Positions 1-8,198 of a stretch of DNA of 64,000 bases are shown here, one piece after another. Origin of the DNA: an uncultured Clostridia bacterium. Its GTDB lineage: Bacteria; Bacillota; Clostridia; TANB77; CAG-508. The DNA lies in the NCBI GenBank assembly GCA_944391575.1, contig CALXUC010000003.1, positions 16,459 to 80,458 on the forward strand, given 5' to 3'. The notes under the pieces were generated by a model that saw only the letters and a program-made list of their open reading frames with translations, searched no databases and was not told the origin of the DNA. How positions within the stretch are numbered: the first letter of the stretch is position 1; the number at the start of each line of letters is the position of its first letter. Made by a program: the position numbers and the translations under genes.

Positions 1-103
1 TAATATTTTTTATCAAAAACATAGCTAGGGCGACACAATCTGGGTCTTTGATTGCAAAATATTAATATATAAGTACTTTTAATATTTTAATAAGCTATAA
101 GTA
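1..103 (+). mobile_element. Nested-palindrome MITE-like element, type B, cut by window edge
   Basis: Contains the family core TATCAAAAACATAGCTAGGGCGACACAATCTGGGTCTTTGATTGCAAAAT, the right stem arm ATATTAATATATAAGTAC and an outer AGCTATAAGTA end. It matches the copies at 8044-8196, 19034-19187 and 47790-47940. Confidence 0.75.
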
Positions 104-110
104 TTTTATT

Positions 111-539
111 TTATACAAATATCTTTTTCATACTCACCTTTGTTCCTAGGCCAACTATAGATTCAACTTTTAATTCGTCCATAAAGCTATCCATAATTGT
201 AAAACCCATACCTGACCTTTCTAAATCCGGTTTAGTTGTATATAAAGGCTCTTTTGCAAGTTCTATGTTTTCTATGCCTTTTCCTCTATCTGATACTTCT
301 ATTTCTAATGAATTATTAGTTAGCCTTGCTTCTATTGTTATTATTCCTTCTGCCGTATCGTAAGCATGTATTATACAATTAGTAACAGCTTCTGATACGG
401 CTGTTTTTATATCGGCTAAATCTTCTATATTTAAATCTAGTTGTGAGGCAAATGCTGCTACTGCTACTCTTGCAAAAGATTCATTAGAAGATTTACTTAA
501 AATTTTTAATTCCATTTTATTTTCATAACATTCTTGCAT
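111..539 (-). CDS. spoIIAB: anti-sigma F factor / serine kinase SpoIIAB
   Basis: 142-aa ORF with HATPase-type motifs ([24 protein letters not shown]). It lies directly downstream of a STAS-domain ORF, as in spoIIA operons. Confidence 0.9.
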   Translation of the reverse strand: MQECYENKMELKILSKSSNESFARVAVAAFASQLDLNIEDLADIKTAVSEAVTNCIIHAYDTAEGIITIEARLTNNSLEIEVSDRGKGIENIELAKEPLYTTKPDLERSGMGFTIMDSFMDELKVESIVGLGTKVSMKKIFV

Positions 540-556
540 ATGTACTTCACCTCTCT

Positions 557-886
557 TTATTCTTCTTTACTATATATGTTTATTATTTTTAATATGCCTG
601 ACATTTTTAATATTCTTTCAACACTTGGAGAAACATTTTTAATTTCTAATGTTCCTCCAAGCATAGATAAAAGCTTATATCTGCCTATTATCATGCCTAT
701 TCCTGCACTGTCCATAAAAGAGACACTACTAAAATCAAATATAGCTTTTCTAGGAATATGTCTTTGAATTTCATAATCCGCCCTCCTTCTTATAATTTCT
801 GTTGTGTGATGATCTATTTCTTCAGTTAGTTTAAATGTTAATATTTTTTCGTTGTTGTCATAATTTACGTCCATATTTAATATCAT
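557..886 (-). CDS. spoIIAA: anti-sigma F factor antagonist SpoIIAA (STAS domain)
   Basis: 109-aa ORF with the STAS signature [21 protein letters not shown], including the phosphorylatable Ser context. It is 17 nt upstream of spoIIAB. Confidence 0.9.
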   Translation of the reverse strand: MILNMDVNYDNNEKILTFKLTEEIDHHTTEIIRRRADYEIQRHIPRKAIFDFSSVSFMDSAGIGMIIGRYKLLSMLGGTLEIKNVSPSVERILKMSGILKIINIYSKEE

Positions 887-953
887 TCCTTTCGCAATGT
901 ATTTATTATTAACTTGTCCTACTTATTATACTGTATTTTTAATTAAATTTACA

Positions 954-999
954 GAGCGAAACTTAGGAAGTTTTGGCGAATTTTGAGAAGTTTTCGACA
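954..999. promoter_or_regulatory. Cluster of Spo0A-box-like heptamers upstream of spoIIAA
   Basis: GAGCGAA (954-960) and TGGCGAA (974-980) on the plus strand, and TGTCGAA on the minus strand (993-999). These fit the 0A-box consensus TGNCGAA. They lie 70-110 nt upstream of the spoIIAA start, and the first two are 20 nt apart. Confidence 0.45.
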
Positions 1000-1013
1000 T
1001 TATTCTACAAATG

Positions 1014-1050
1014 AAAAATAACTTGTAAGATTTAACTTACAAGTTATTTT
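1014..1050 (-). terminator. Rho-independent terminator after valS (bidirectional hairpin)
   Basis: Near-perfect ~13-bp stem AATAACTTGTAAG / CTTACAAGTTATT, flanked by an A-run and a T-run. It lies 19 nt past the valS stop. Confidence 0.75.
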
Positions 1051-1068
1051 TAGATAGATTTTAATTAT

Positions 1069-3486
1069 TTAATTTTCTTCCATATTTAATTCCACATTAT
1101 ACATTTCAAAATTTTCATCTATTATTTTGCTATCTAAATTTTCTATAAATAATGTTGCTCTAAAGTCTTTTATTGATGCGTCTATAGCGTCTTTTAATTC
1201 TTTACTAACTCCGATAGATAAATTTTTAATAGGTGTTTTTAATGATACATTGCTATTTGTTTTTGCTCCTCTTGCTTGGCTTATAATTTCTATCATTTGT
1301 TCACCATATTTTATCTCATTTTCAAAGTTAAAGTTTAATGGCTCTATTACTGTTGTATGAATTGAATTGTTATTGTGGTATAATTCTTGGAATATTTCTT
1401 CTGTTATAAATGGGAAGAATATACTAAAGTCTTGTAATAATTTATATAGTAATGTATAAACTGTTTTTTGTCCACTATATCTTGGTATGTCTCCAAATTC
1501 TTCTGGTCTATATAATCTATGTTTTACTATTTCTATATAATTATCACAGAATTCCCAGAAGAATTTTTCCAATATATTTAATGCTAAACCTACTTCATAT
1601 TCTTCTAAATAATTTATAAATTGTTTTTCCATTTCTTGGAAACGTCCTAATATCCACTTATCTACATATTCATAATCACTAAATTCTTTATCTTCGTAAT
1701 CTTGTAAATGCATTTCTATAAATTTTGATACGTTCCAAATTTTATTTACTAATTTTTTACCACGTAAAAAAGTTTCTTCACTATATACTATATCTGAACC
1801 TAATCTTCCTGTTCCTGCCCAATATCTTACTACATCTGCTGAATATTGTTTTATTAAATCCATTGGTTCGTGTTTGCTATTGCCTTTGCTTTTACTTATT
1901 TTTTCACCTTTTCCTGCCATAGCAAATCCTGAAATCATTACATTATCCCATGGTCTTTGACCAAAGTGATAAAAGCTTTTTACTATTGTATAGAAGTCCC
2001 ATGTTCTTATAATTTCACTTGCATTTGTTCTTAAGCTCATAGGTTTTAATATATCTTCATAATTTTCTTCTTCACCATATCTCATATTTATAAGTGGTGT
2101 TACTGATGATGTTGCCCAAGTATCCATTATATCTGTTTCTGGCATAAATTCTGTTCCACCACATTTTGGACATTTATCGCATTTTGGTGAGTCTACTAGA
2201 GGATTTACTGGTAAATCTTCTTTTTTTGCAAATATAGGTTCTCCACATTTTTTACAGTACCATACTGGGAATGGTACTCCAAAATATCTTTGTCTTGATA
2301 TACACCAGTCCCAAGCTATGTTATTAACCCATTCATCGTATCTAGCTTTCATGTGTGCTGGATGCCATTTTATCTCATTTCCTATTTTCAAGAAATCTTC
2401 TTTATGGCTCATTGTATCTATGAACCATTGATTCATTACAGCATATTCGACTTCTTTACCACATCTTTCATGTGTTTGAACTTCATGCTCTAATTCTTCA
2501 ATTTTTACAACAAATCCGCCTTCTTGTAAATCTTCAATTATATTTTTTCTAGCTTCTTTTATTTTTAATCCACCATACTTTGGAACTGAATCTACTATTT
2601 TTCCGTCACTAGTAAATATATATTTTAGTGGTAAATTATACTTTTTCCACCACTCTATATCAGTTTGATCTCCAAAAGTACAGCACATTACTATTCCTGT
2701 ACCTTTATCTATAGCGACTTTTTCGTCTCCCATTATAGGAACTTCCACATCTATTACTGGGATATGCGCTGTTTTACCTATTAAGTGTTTATGCTTTTCA
2801 TCATTTGGATTAACAAATACACTTACTATTGCAGGTAACAATTCTGGTCTTGTTGTTGCTATTGTAAATTCTTCATTATCTTCTACTGTTTTAAAATTTA
2901 TATAATTAAATGTTGTTTTTATTGTTTTAGTTTCAAGTTCTGCTTGTGCTATTGATGTTAAACATTCATTACACCATAACGCAGGACTTTCTTTATGGTA
3001 ACAATGTCCTTTTTCTACTAAATCTAAAAAAGATTTTTGACTTATTTTTATTGTAGATGGTGCAACTGTTTTGTAATGTATATTCCAATCTGTGCTTACG
3101 CCCATTCTACTAAATAATTCTTGAAATTCTTCTTCATATTTATCTGTTATTTCATAACATAATTTTGAAAATTCTTCTCTACCAATTTCATGTGCTCTTT
3201 TACCTTGCTCTTTTTCTACTAATCTTTCACTAGGTAAGCCATTATCGTCAAATCCAAAAGGATAGAATATATTATATCCCCTTAATCTTTTATATCTTGC
3301 TAACATTTCTGTTTGTGTATATGAGAAAACGTGTCCTATATGGATTCTTCCACTTACTGTTGGTGGTGGTGTGTCTATTGAGAATACTTCTTTTCCGTTT
3401 CTTTTAAATTCATATATTTTATTTTCTTTCCAATAATCCATCCATTTTATTTCTTTTTCTTCTGCATTATACTTTTTGTCTAACAT
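1069..3486 (-). CDS. valS: class Ia aminoacyl-tRNA synthetase, most likely valine--tRNA ligase (short form)
   Basis: 805-aa ORF with PPPTVSGRIHIGHV (HIGH), KISKSKGN (KMSKS) and Cys knuckles CKKCG / CPKCG. The Val-versus-Ile/Leu call rests on remembered family signatures, not a search. Confidence 0.75.
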   Translation of the reverse strand: MLDKKYNAEEKEIKWMDYWKENKIYEFKRNGKEVFSIDTPPPTVSGRIHIGHVFSYTQTEMLARYKRLRGYNIFYPFGFDDNGLPSERLVEKEQGKRAHEIGREEFSKLCYEITDKYEEEFQELFSRMGVSTDWNIHYKTVAPSTIKISQKSFLDLVEKGHCYHKESPALWCNECLTSIAQAELETKTIKTTFNYINFKTVEDNEEFTIATTRPELLPAIVSVFVNPNDEKHKHLIGKTAHIPVIDVEVPIMGDEKVAIDKGTGIVMCCTFGDQTDIEWWKKYNLPLKYIFTSDGKIVDSVPKYGGLKIKEARKNIIEDLQEGGFVVKIEELEHEVQTHERCGKEVEYAVMNQWFIDTMSHKEDFLKIGNEIKWHPAHMKARYDEWVNNIAWDWCISRQRYFGVPFPVWYCKKCGEPIFAKKEDLPVNPLVDSPKCDKCPKCGGTEFMPETDIMDTWATSSVTPLINMRYGEEENYEDILKPMSLRTNASEIIRTWDFYTIVKSFYHFGQRPWDNVMISGFAMAGKGEKISKSKGNSKHEPMDLIKQYSADVVRYWAGTGRLGSDIVYSEETFLRGKKLVNKIWNVSKFIEMHLQDYEDKEFSDYEYVDKWILGRFQEMEKQFINYLEEYEVGLALNILEKFFWEFCDNYIEIVKHRLYRPEEFGDIPRYSGQKTVYTLLYKLLQDFSIFFPFITEEIFQELYHNNNSIHTTVIEPLNFNFENEIKYGEQMIEIISQARGAKTNSNVSLKTPIKNLSIGVSKELKDAIDASIKDFRATLFIENLDSKIIDENFEMYNVELNMEEN

Positions 3487-3518
3487 ATTATATACTTCCT
3501 TTCTGATTATTATTATTA

Positions 3519-5216
3519 TTATTTGTTATTTAAAGTTCTTTTATATAAAGAGCGACTCGGAAACCGTACATAAACAGAAGATTTGTCTGCGGGTCCGTGA
3601 TCGCGGTAAGCAACCGGTCTCTCTTTAGCTAAACTTCCATAATGTCCGCCACGACTAACACGATAAGAACTGTATTTTTCCATTGTTCTTTCAAATACGT
3701 TTCCTGCTAAATCATATATATTTTTTTGTCTAAACCCTTCTCTTGCACCACATACGTCAGGTTCAGTTGAATTTGCTATATCATCACTACCGCTTGTTCC
3801 ATTAAAATTTCCCATTCCAGTTGAATCTGTTGCATAAGTATCATATCCTGTTTCGCCCACATCATATGCTCCTATAAATTTTAATGCCGTATCCCACTGT
3901 ACTCCGTATATTAATGTTGATGTCACACCATAATTTTTATCATTACTTGGATACATACTTCTTGCTATTGTTACCATTCCATTGCCTGGAGTTGAATCAT
4001 TATTACTTGTTCCCCACTGTATATAATTCCACACATATGCTCCTTTTTTAGATACAGGTTTGTACGTTCCATTTCCATAAGTTGTAGTAGAATTACTCGT
4101 TAATTTTTGCTGTGGCATATCTTCTGATATTCCAGCCTCATACCTCGCAATATAAAATCCTCCATTTTTTGTTACACTTGTTGTTATTTCTGTTGGTACT
4201 GTTTCTGAGCAACTAGAAAGTGCTAATCCTTTTCCAAAGTCATGCCTTTCAAATTTTACTATTTCTCCATCTACTGGCACCCATACAAATTCATTTCCTA
4301 TACTATTTCCGTTTTCGTCTATTTCATCTGTTATTACTAATCCATTTTTATATCCATCTGAACTCTTCCAAACTGCATTATTTTCATCTACTGCATAAAA
4401 TCCTGCTGGTATTAATGGATTATTATATGTTCCTGTTGTTTTTCCATCTATTGTTAAATTAATTGGTAATTTTTGTATTGTAACCTTTAATCCGTTATTA
4501 GTAGCGTATATTTCATTACCATTTCTATCAACTATTACCATGCTCACTGTATAAGTTTCATATTGATTTAAATTATCAAATGTGTATGAATTTTGAGTTT
4601 GTGCTTCCGTCCATGGTTCATTATCTATTTTAAATTTATAGTGAGCGATGTTAGCATTATTTATATCAGCATAAACTTTTAATTGTATATTTGGTACATC
4701 ATCAGTTACTGTAGCTGTTACTTCTGTTTTTAATTCATAACTTGGTACATTAAAACTAACTCCAGTTACATCTTGACTTACATCGCTAATACCATAATAA
4801 GTCTCGCCACTTACTGTTATTCCTGGATAATAATAAATATTATGACTTTCTTCATTTACGATATAATAATTATTAGATGTGTTATTTATACCATAAGTTA
4901 AATTCATATCATCTAAAAGACTTAAATCTAATTTATAATATACTTCTCCGTCATTCTCATTTCTGCTATCTCCTAATAAAGTTACCATATCAAAAGTAAT
5001 TTCTTCACTTACTGGCAATTCTTTGTTTTTTTCATAGTATACATCTGTTTTTTCTCTTACAATTTGTAAGTCATTATAAAATGTTTTTAGAGTTTTAACA
5101 TCACCATAACTGGATACACTTATTCCTATAGTTGTTATTAATAATGCCATAACAACAACAGTTAAAACTAACACAGATAAAGTTATACCCTTTTCATTTA
5201 CAATTTTTTTATTCAT
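3519..5216 (-). CDS. pilin-like N-terminus fused to Ig/Fn3-like and FGE-sulfatase (SUMF1-like) domains
   Basis: 565 aa. The N-terminus NEKG|ITLSVLVLTVVVMALLI resembles a prepilin leader plus helix. The C-terminus carries YDLAGNVFE and RVSRGGHYG, matching the GNVWEW and RGGS motifs of the FGE-sulfatase fold. RBS is AAGGAAGG. Confidence 0.55.
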   Translation of the reverse strand: MNKKIVNEKGITLSVLVLTVVVMALLITTIGISVSSYGDVKTLKTFYNDLQIVREKTDVYYEKNKELPVSEEITFDMVTLLGDSRNENDGEVYYKLDLSLLDDMNLTYGINNTSNNYYIVNEESHNIYYYPGITVSGETYYGISDVSQDVTGVSFNVPSYELKTEVTATVTDDVPNIQLKVYADINNANIAHYKFKIDNEPWTEAQTQNSYTFDNLNQYETYTVSMVIVDRNGNEIYATNNGLKVTIQKLPINLTIDGKTTGTYNNPLIPAGFYAVDENNAVWKSSDGYKNGLVITDEIDENGNSIGNEFVWVPVDGEIVKFERHDFGKGLALSSCSETVPTEITTSVTKNGGFYIARYEAGISEDMPQQKLTSNSTTTYGNGTYKPVSKKGAYVWNYIQWGTSNNDSTPGNGMVTIARSMYPSNDKNYGVTSTLIYGVQWDTALKFIGAYDVGETGYDTYATDSTGMGNFNGTSGSDDIANSTEPDVCGAREGFRQKNIYDLAGNVFERTMEKYSSYRVSRGGHYGSLAKERPVAYRDHGPADKSSVYVRFPSRSLYKRTLNNK

Positions 5217-5332
5217 ATGTTCCTTCCTTATTATATCAATTTTTATTAAAATGTCTAATTATAAAATCTATTATATTTTACTATATAATGTGAAAAAAAG
5301 CAAGATTTTACTCCTGCTTTTGTTAAAATTAA

Positions 5333-5473
5333 GTAACAATTCAGCGTGTACTTGCTAAAGGCTTGATATATAGCTATTTTTAGTCAAAACATATCTAGGG
5401 TAACACAATCCGGGTCTTGACTTGCAAATAGCTATATATCAAGCTTTTATTTAAATATCAGCTGAGTTGTTAC
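5333..5473 (+). mobile_element. Nested-palindrome MITE-like element, type A, full copy with TSD
   Basis: TIRs GTAACAATTCAGC / GCTGAGTTGTTAC. Inner stem GCTTGATATATAGCTATTT / AAATAGCTATATATCAAGC. Core ACACAATCCGGGTCTTGA. A perfect 8-bp duplication AAAATTAA sits at 5325-5332 and 5474-5481. Confidence 0.9.
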
Positions 5474-5481
5474 AAAATTAA

Positions 5482-6435
5482 TTAATTTAATCCCACTAAT
5501 TTCATTTTTAAATTAGATAAATCTGTTACTGATATTTTACCATCGCCATTTATATCGCTTGCTGCAATTTTATTTTCCACGAAATTATAATTTTTAACAA
5601 TATATCCTTTTAATAAAGATAAGTCTAATGCAGATAAATTCCCATCTTCGCTAATATCTCCAGTTACTATTATTATATAATTCCTATTATTAACACTTAA
5701 CTCCATACTTGTTGCTAACTTTTCATCTTCTGATACTACTTCTTCACCTCTATATACTTTTATTTCACTTTCACTTTTATTTGTAATATTACTTAATAAT
5801 TCTTTTACAGTTGTATTTGCTGTAATATTTTTAATCATACTTTTTTCTATTTTATATTTTTCAGATTCTATCACATCTGGATCATTAACTACCTTATGCA
5901 CAGTATCAAGTACTAAATCACCATTGCAAGCTATCTCTCCTAAAACTGCTTGTCTTTCATCTGCTGTTGTTGCTGAAAGGAAATCTTCAGATAAGCTTAC
6001 CATTATTAAATCAAATAATGAATATTCTGAATTTAATAAAAAGTACTCAATTCCTGGATATTTCACTTCATCAGTAGTTCCTGTTACTTTTAATTTTAAT
6101 TCTACTGCAAATTCTTGTCCAGGTTCAATGTTACCAAACGTAACTGTAATATAAAAATCAGATTTTTCATAGTTTTTATTATTTATACTTTCAAATTGTG
6201 TTCCTGTAGGTAGCGCAATTATCAATCTTGAACTTGAAAATTTTATATCTGATATATTTTTTAATGTTATTTTATATGTTATAATATCCCCACTTTTAAC
6301 TGCCGTAGTTGCTGGTGGATCTGCTACCATTGTAGCTTCAATATATTTTTGGGACTCTGCAAAATCTTTCTTACTCATACATAGAATTAATAATATAAAT
6401 ATAAAAAATATTAATATAATCGTTTTTTTCTTCAT
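5482..6435 (-). CDS. secreted protein with DUF11/CARDB-like repeat and C-terminal type I dockerin-like module
   Basis: 317 aa with a Sec signal peptide (MKKKTIILIFFIFILLILC). It carries two Ca-binding dockerin-like segments, GDISEDGNLSALDLSLLKGYIV and SDINGDGKISVTDLSNLKMKLVG. Confidence 0.6.
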   Translation of the reverse strand: MKKKTIILIFFIFILLILCMSKKDFAESQKYIEATMVADPPATTAVKSGDIITYKITLKNISDIKFSSSRLIIALPTGTQFESINNKNYEKSDFYITVTFGNIEPGQEFAVELKLKVTGTTDEVKYPGIEYFLLNSEYSLFDLIMVSLSEDFLSATTADERQAVLGEIACNGDLVLDTVHKVVNDPDVIESEKYKIEKSMIKNITANTTVKELLSNITNKSESEIKVYRGEEVVSEDEKLATSMELSVNNRNYIIIVTGDISEDGNLSALDLSLLKGYIVKNYNFVENKIAASDINGDGKISVTDLSNLKMKLVGLN

Positions 6436-6487
6436 TTCTATTATCCTTTCTTCTTCTTAAATTCTATTTTATTACAAATTTTTCTAA

Positions 6488-6516
6488 ATTATATCACTTT
6501 TTTTATGTAGGTTCAA
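6488..6516 (-). promoter_or_regulatory. sigma-A-type promoter for the dockerin-protein gene
   Basis: Minus strand reads TTGAAC - 17 nt - TATAAT with an extended TGa. It lies 53 nt upstream of the start at 6435. Confidence 0.5.
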
Positions 6517-6545
6517 GAAAAAAGTATATAATTTTTAAAAAAAAG

Positions 6546-6686
6546 GTTACAATTCAGGATATACTTACTAAAAGCTTGGTATATAGCTATTTTTAGTCAA
6601 AACATAGCTTAAGGCAAACAATCCGGGTCTTGACTTGCAAATAGCTATATATCAAGCTTTTATTTAAATGCCTGCTGAATTGTAAC
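6546..6686 (+). mobile_element. Nested-palindrome MITE-like element, type A, full copy with TSD
   Basis: TIRs GTTACAATTCAG / CTGAATTGTAAC. A perfect 8-bp duplication AAAAAAAG sits at 6538-6545 and 6687-6694. Confidence 0.9.
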
Positions 6687-6726
6687 AAAAAAAGATAAAC
6701 CTAATAATAGATTTATCTTTTCATTT

Positions 6727-7953
6727 TTAAATAACTTCGTTAATTTTTATATCTCTAACGTGATTAATTTTTTCCCATTTTACACTTGGTTTTATTAAAC
6801 ATTTTATATTTATTAAAATCCATGAACCTAAGAATAATGGATATGCTAATAATCCTTTTATCATAGGTCTTATTGGTCTTTTATCTAATATTAAAATAAG
6901 AAGTGCTGTTGCTATTGGTAGTAAGAATGTTGCGAATAAATATTTTCCGTAATTTAATATTAATTCTATACCTGTCATACCTCCAGCAGCATATATTATA
7001 CTGTTTATTGTTAATAATAAGAAAGTTATAAGCATCATTGGTATTCCTAATATATATAAGAAACCGTCAAAGTTCATTAATGTTTTATTTTTTGCAATAC
7101 CTTTTATTAAATCAACTGTATAATATCTCACACATTGTAAATGTCCTACTGTCCATCTTGATCTTTGTGACCATGATTGTTTAAATCCTATTGGTTGTTC
7201 ATCATATACTTTTGCATCAACAGCCCATCCTAATTTTCTTCCTTTTGCTATACTTTTTAAAGAAAATTCTATATCTTCTGTTAATGTTTTTGTATTCCAA
7301 CCTTCTTTTCTTACTATATCCATTTTTACCATAAAACCTGTTCCATTTATAAGTGGAGATAATCCTACATTATATCTAGCTAAATGATAAAATCTATTCA
7401 TTGTCCAGTAGAATATTGCATACCCTGCTGAAATCCAACTGTCTGTTGGGTTCTTTATATCTCTATACCCTTGAACTATTTCTTCGCCTTGGCAAAGTTT
7501 TTTATTCATTTGTGTTATAAAATCTGGCATTACTATATTATCGGCATCAAATACACAAAAAGCATCATAATCTGAACCGTCTTCTACTTTCTTGTTTAAA
7601 AACCATTGTAAAGCAAAACCTTTTGTTTTTTTAGTTTCATCAAATCTTTCATATACAATAGCTCCTGCATTTCTTGCAACTTGTGCAGTATTATCTGTAC
7701 AATTATCTGCTATTACGTATATATCTAAAAGGTTCTTATCATAATCTTGATTTTTTAAACTTTCTATTAAATTTGCTACAACTCCTGCTTCATTATGTGC
7801 TGGTATTATAGCCATAAATTTATGTTTTTTATTTGTTATTAATGGTTTATCTTTTAATTTTATAAGTGCTGTTGCACTAATTAAAATTTGATACAACCAG
7901 AATATTGTAATAATCCATACTAATGCAATTTGTAATACACCTAAATAATCCAT
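6727..7953 (-). CDS. membrane-embedded processive family-2 glycosyltransferase (PgaC/IcaA/cellulose-synthase-like)
   Basis: 408 aa with an N-terminal TM segment, GT2 motifs (IPAHNE, DNCTDNT, DADN, TEDIEFS), a QRSRW motif and C-terminal TM helices. Confidence 0.75.
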   Translation of the reverse strand: MDYLGVLQIALVWIITIFWLYQILISATALIKLKDKPLITNKKHKFMAIIPAHNEAGVVANLIESLKNQDYDKNLLDIYVIADNCTDNTAQVARNAGAIVYERFDETKKTKGFALQWFLNKKVEDGSDYDAFCVFDADNIVMPDFITQMNKKLCQGEEIVQGYRDIKNPTDSWISAGYAIFYWTMNRFYHLARYNVGLSPLINGTGFMVKMDIVRKEGWNTKTLTEDIEFSLKSIAKGRKLGWAVDAKVYDEQPIGFKQSWSQRSRWTVGHLQCVRYYTVDLIKGIAKNKTLMNFDGFLYILGIPMMLITFLLLTINSIIYAAGGMTGIELILNYGKYLFATFLLPIATALLILILDKRPIRPMIKGLLAYPLFLGSWILINIKCLIKPSVKWEKINHVRDIKINEVI

Positions 7954-7985
7954 AATTTTTTCCTTTCCTTTTAATTATTTTTCTT

Positions 7986-8014
7986 ATATTACACTTTTTT
8001 ACAAAAAAAGTCAA
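7986..8014 (-). promoter_or_regulatory. candidate sigma-A promoter for the GT2 gene
   Basis: Minus strand reads TTGACT - 17 nt - TAATAT, about 30 nt upstream of the start codon. Confidence 0.35.
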
Positions 8015-8043
8015 GATTTTTAAGAAATTTTTAATAATTTATT

Positions 8044-8196
8044 GTTACAACTTGTTCCTATTCACAGCGAAATAAATATTGCGGTACTTATATATTCAAA
8101 AACATAGCTAGGGTATAACAATCCAGGTCTTTGATTGCAAAATATTAATATATAAGTACTTTAATGTGTTCTATAATAAAAGCCATGAATAGTAAC
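8044..8196 (+). mobile_element. Nested-palindrome MITE-like element, type B, degenerate left arm
   Basis: Core CAAAAACATAGCTAGGGTATAACAATCCAGGTCTTTGATTGCAAAATATTAATATATAAGTAC. Outer ends are GTTAC...CTATTCACAGC and GCCATGAATAGTAAC. It ends 2 nt before the pnp stop. No clean TSD. Confidence 0.75.
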
Positions 8197-8198
8197 TA

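Noticed and set aside
887-953. A sigma-H-type promoter (AGGAnnT-N14-GAAT) for spoIIAA.
   Set aside because: There is an AGGACAA box but no GAAT at the proper spacing. The only other candidate is a TATAAT with a poor -35. I could not support a specific promoter call, so I reported only the 0A-box-like cluster.
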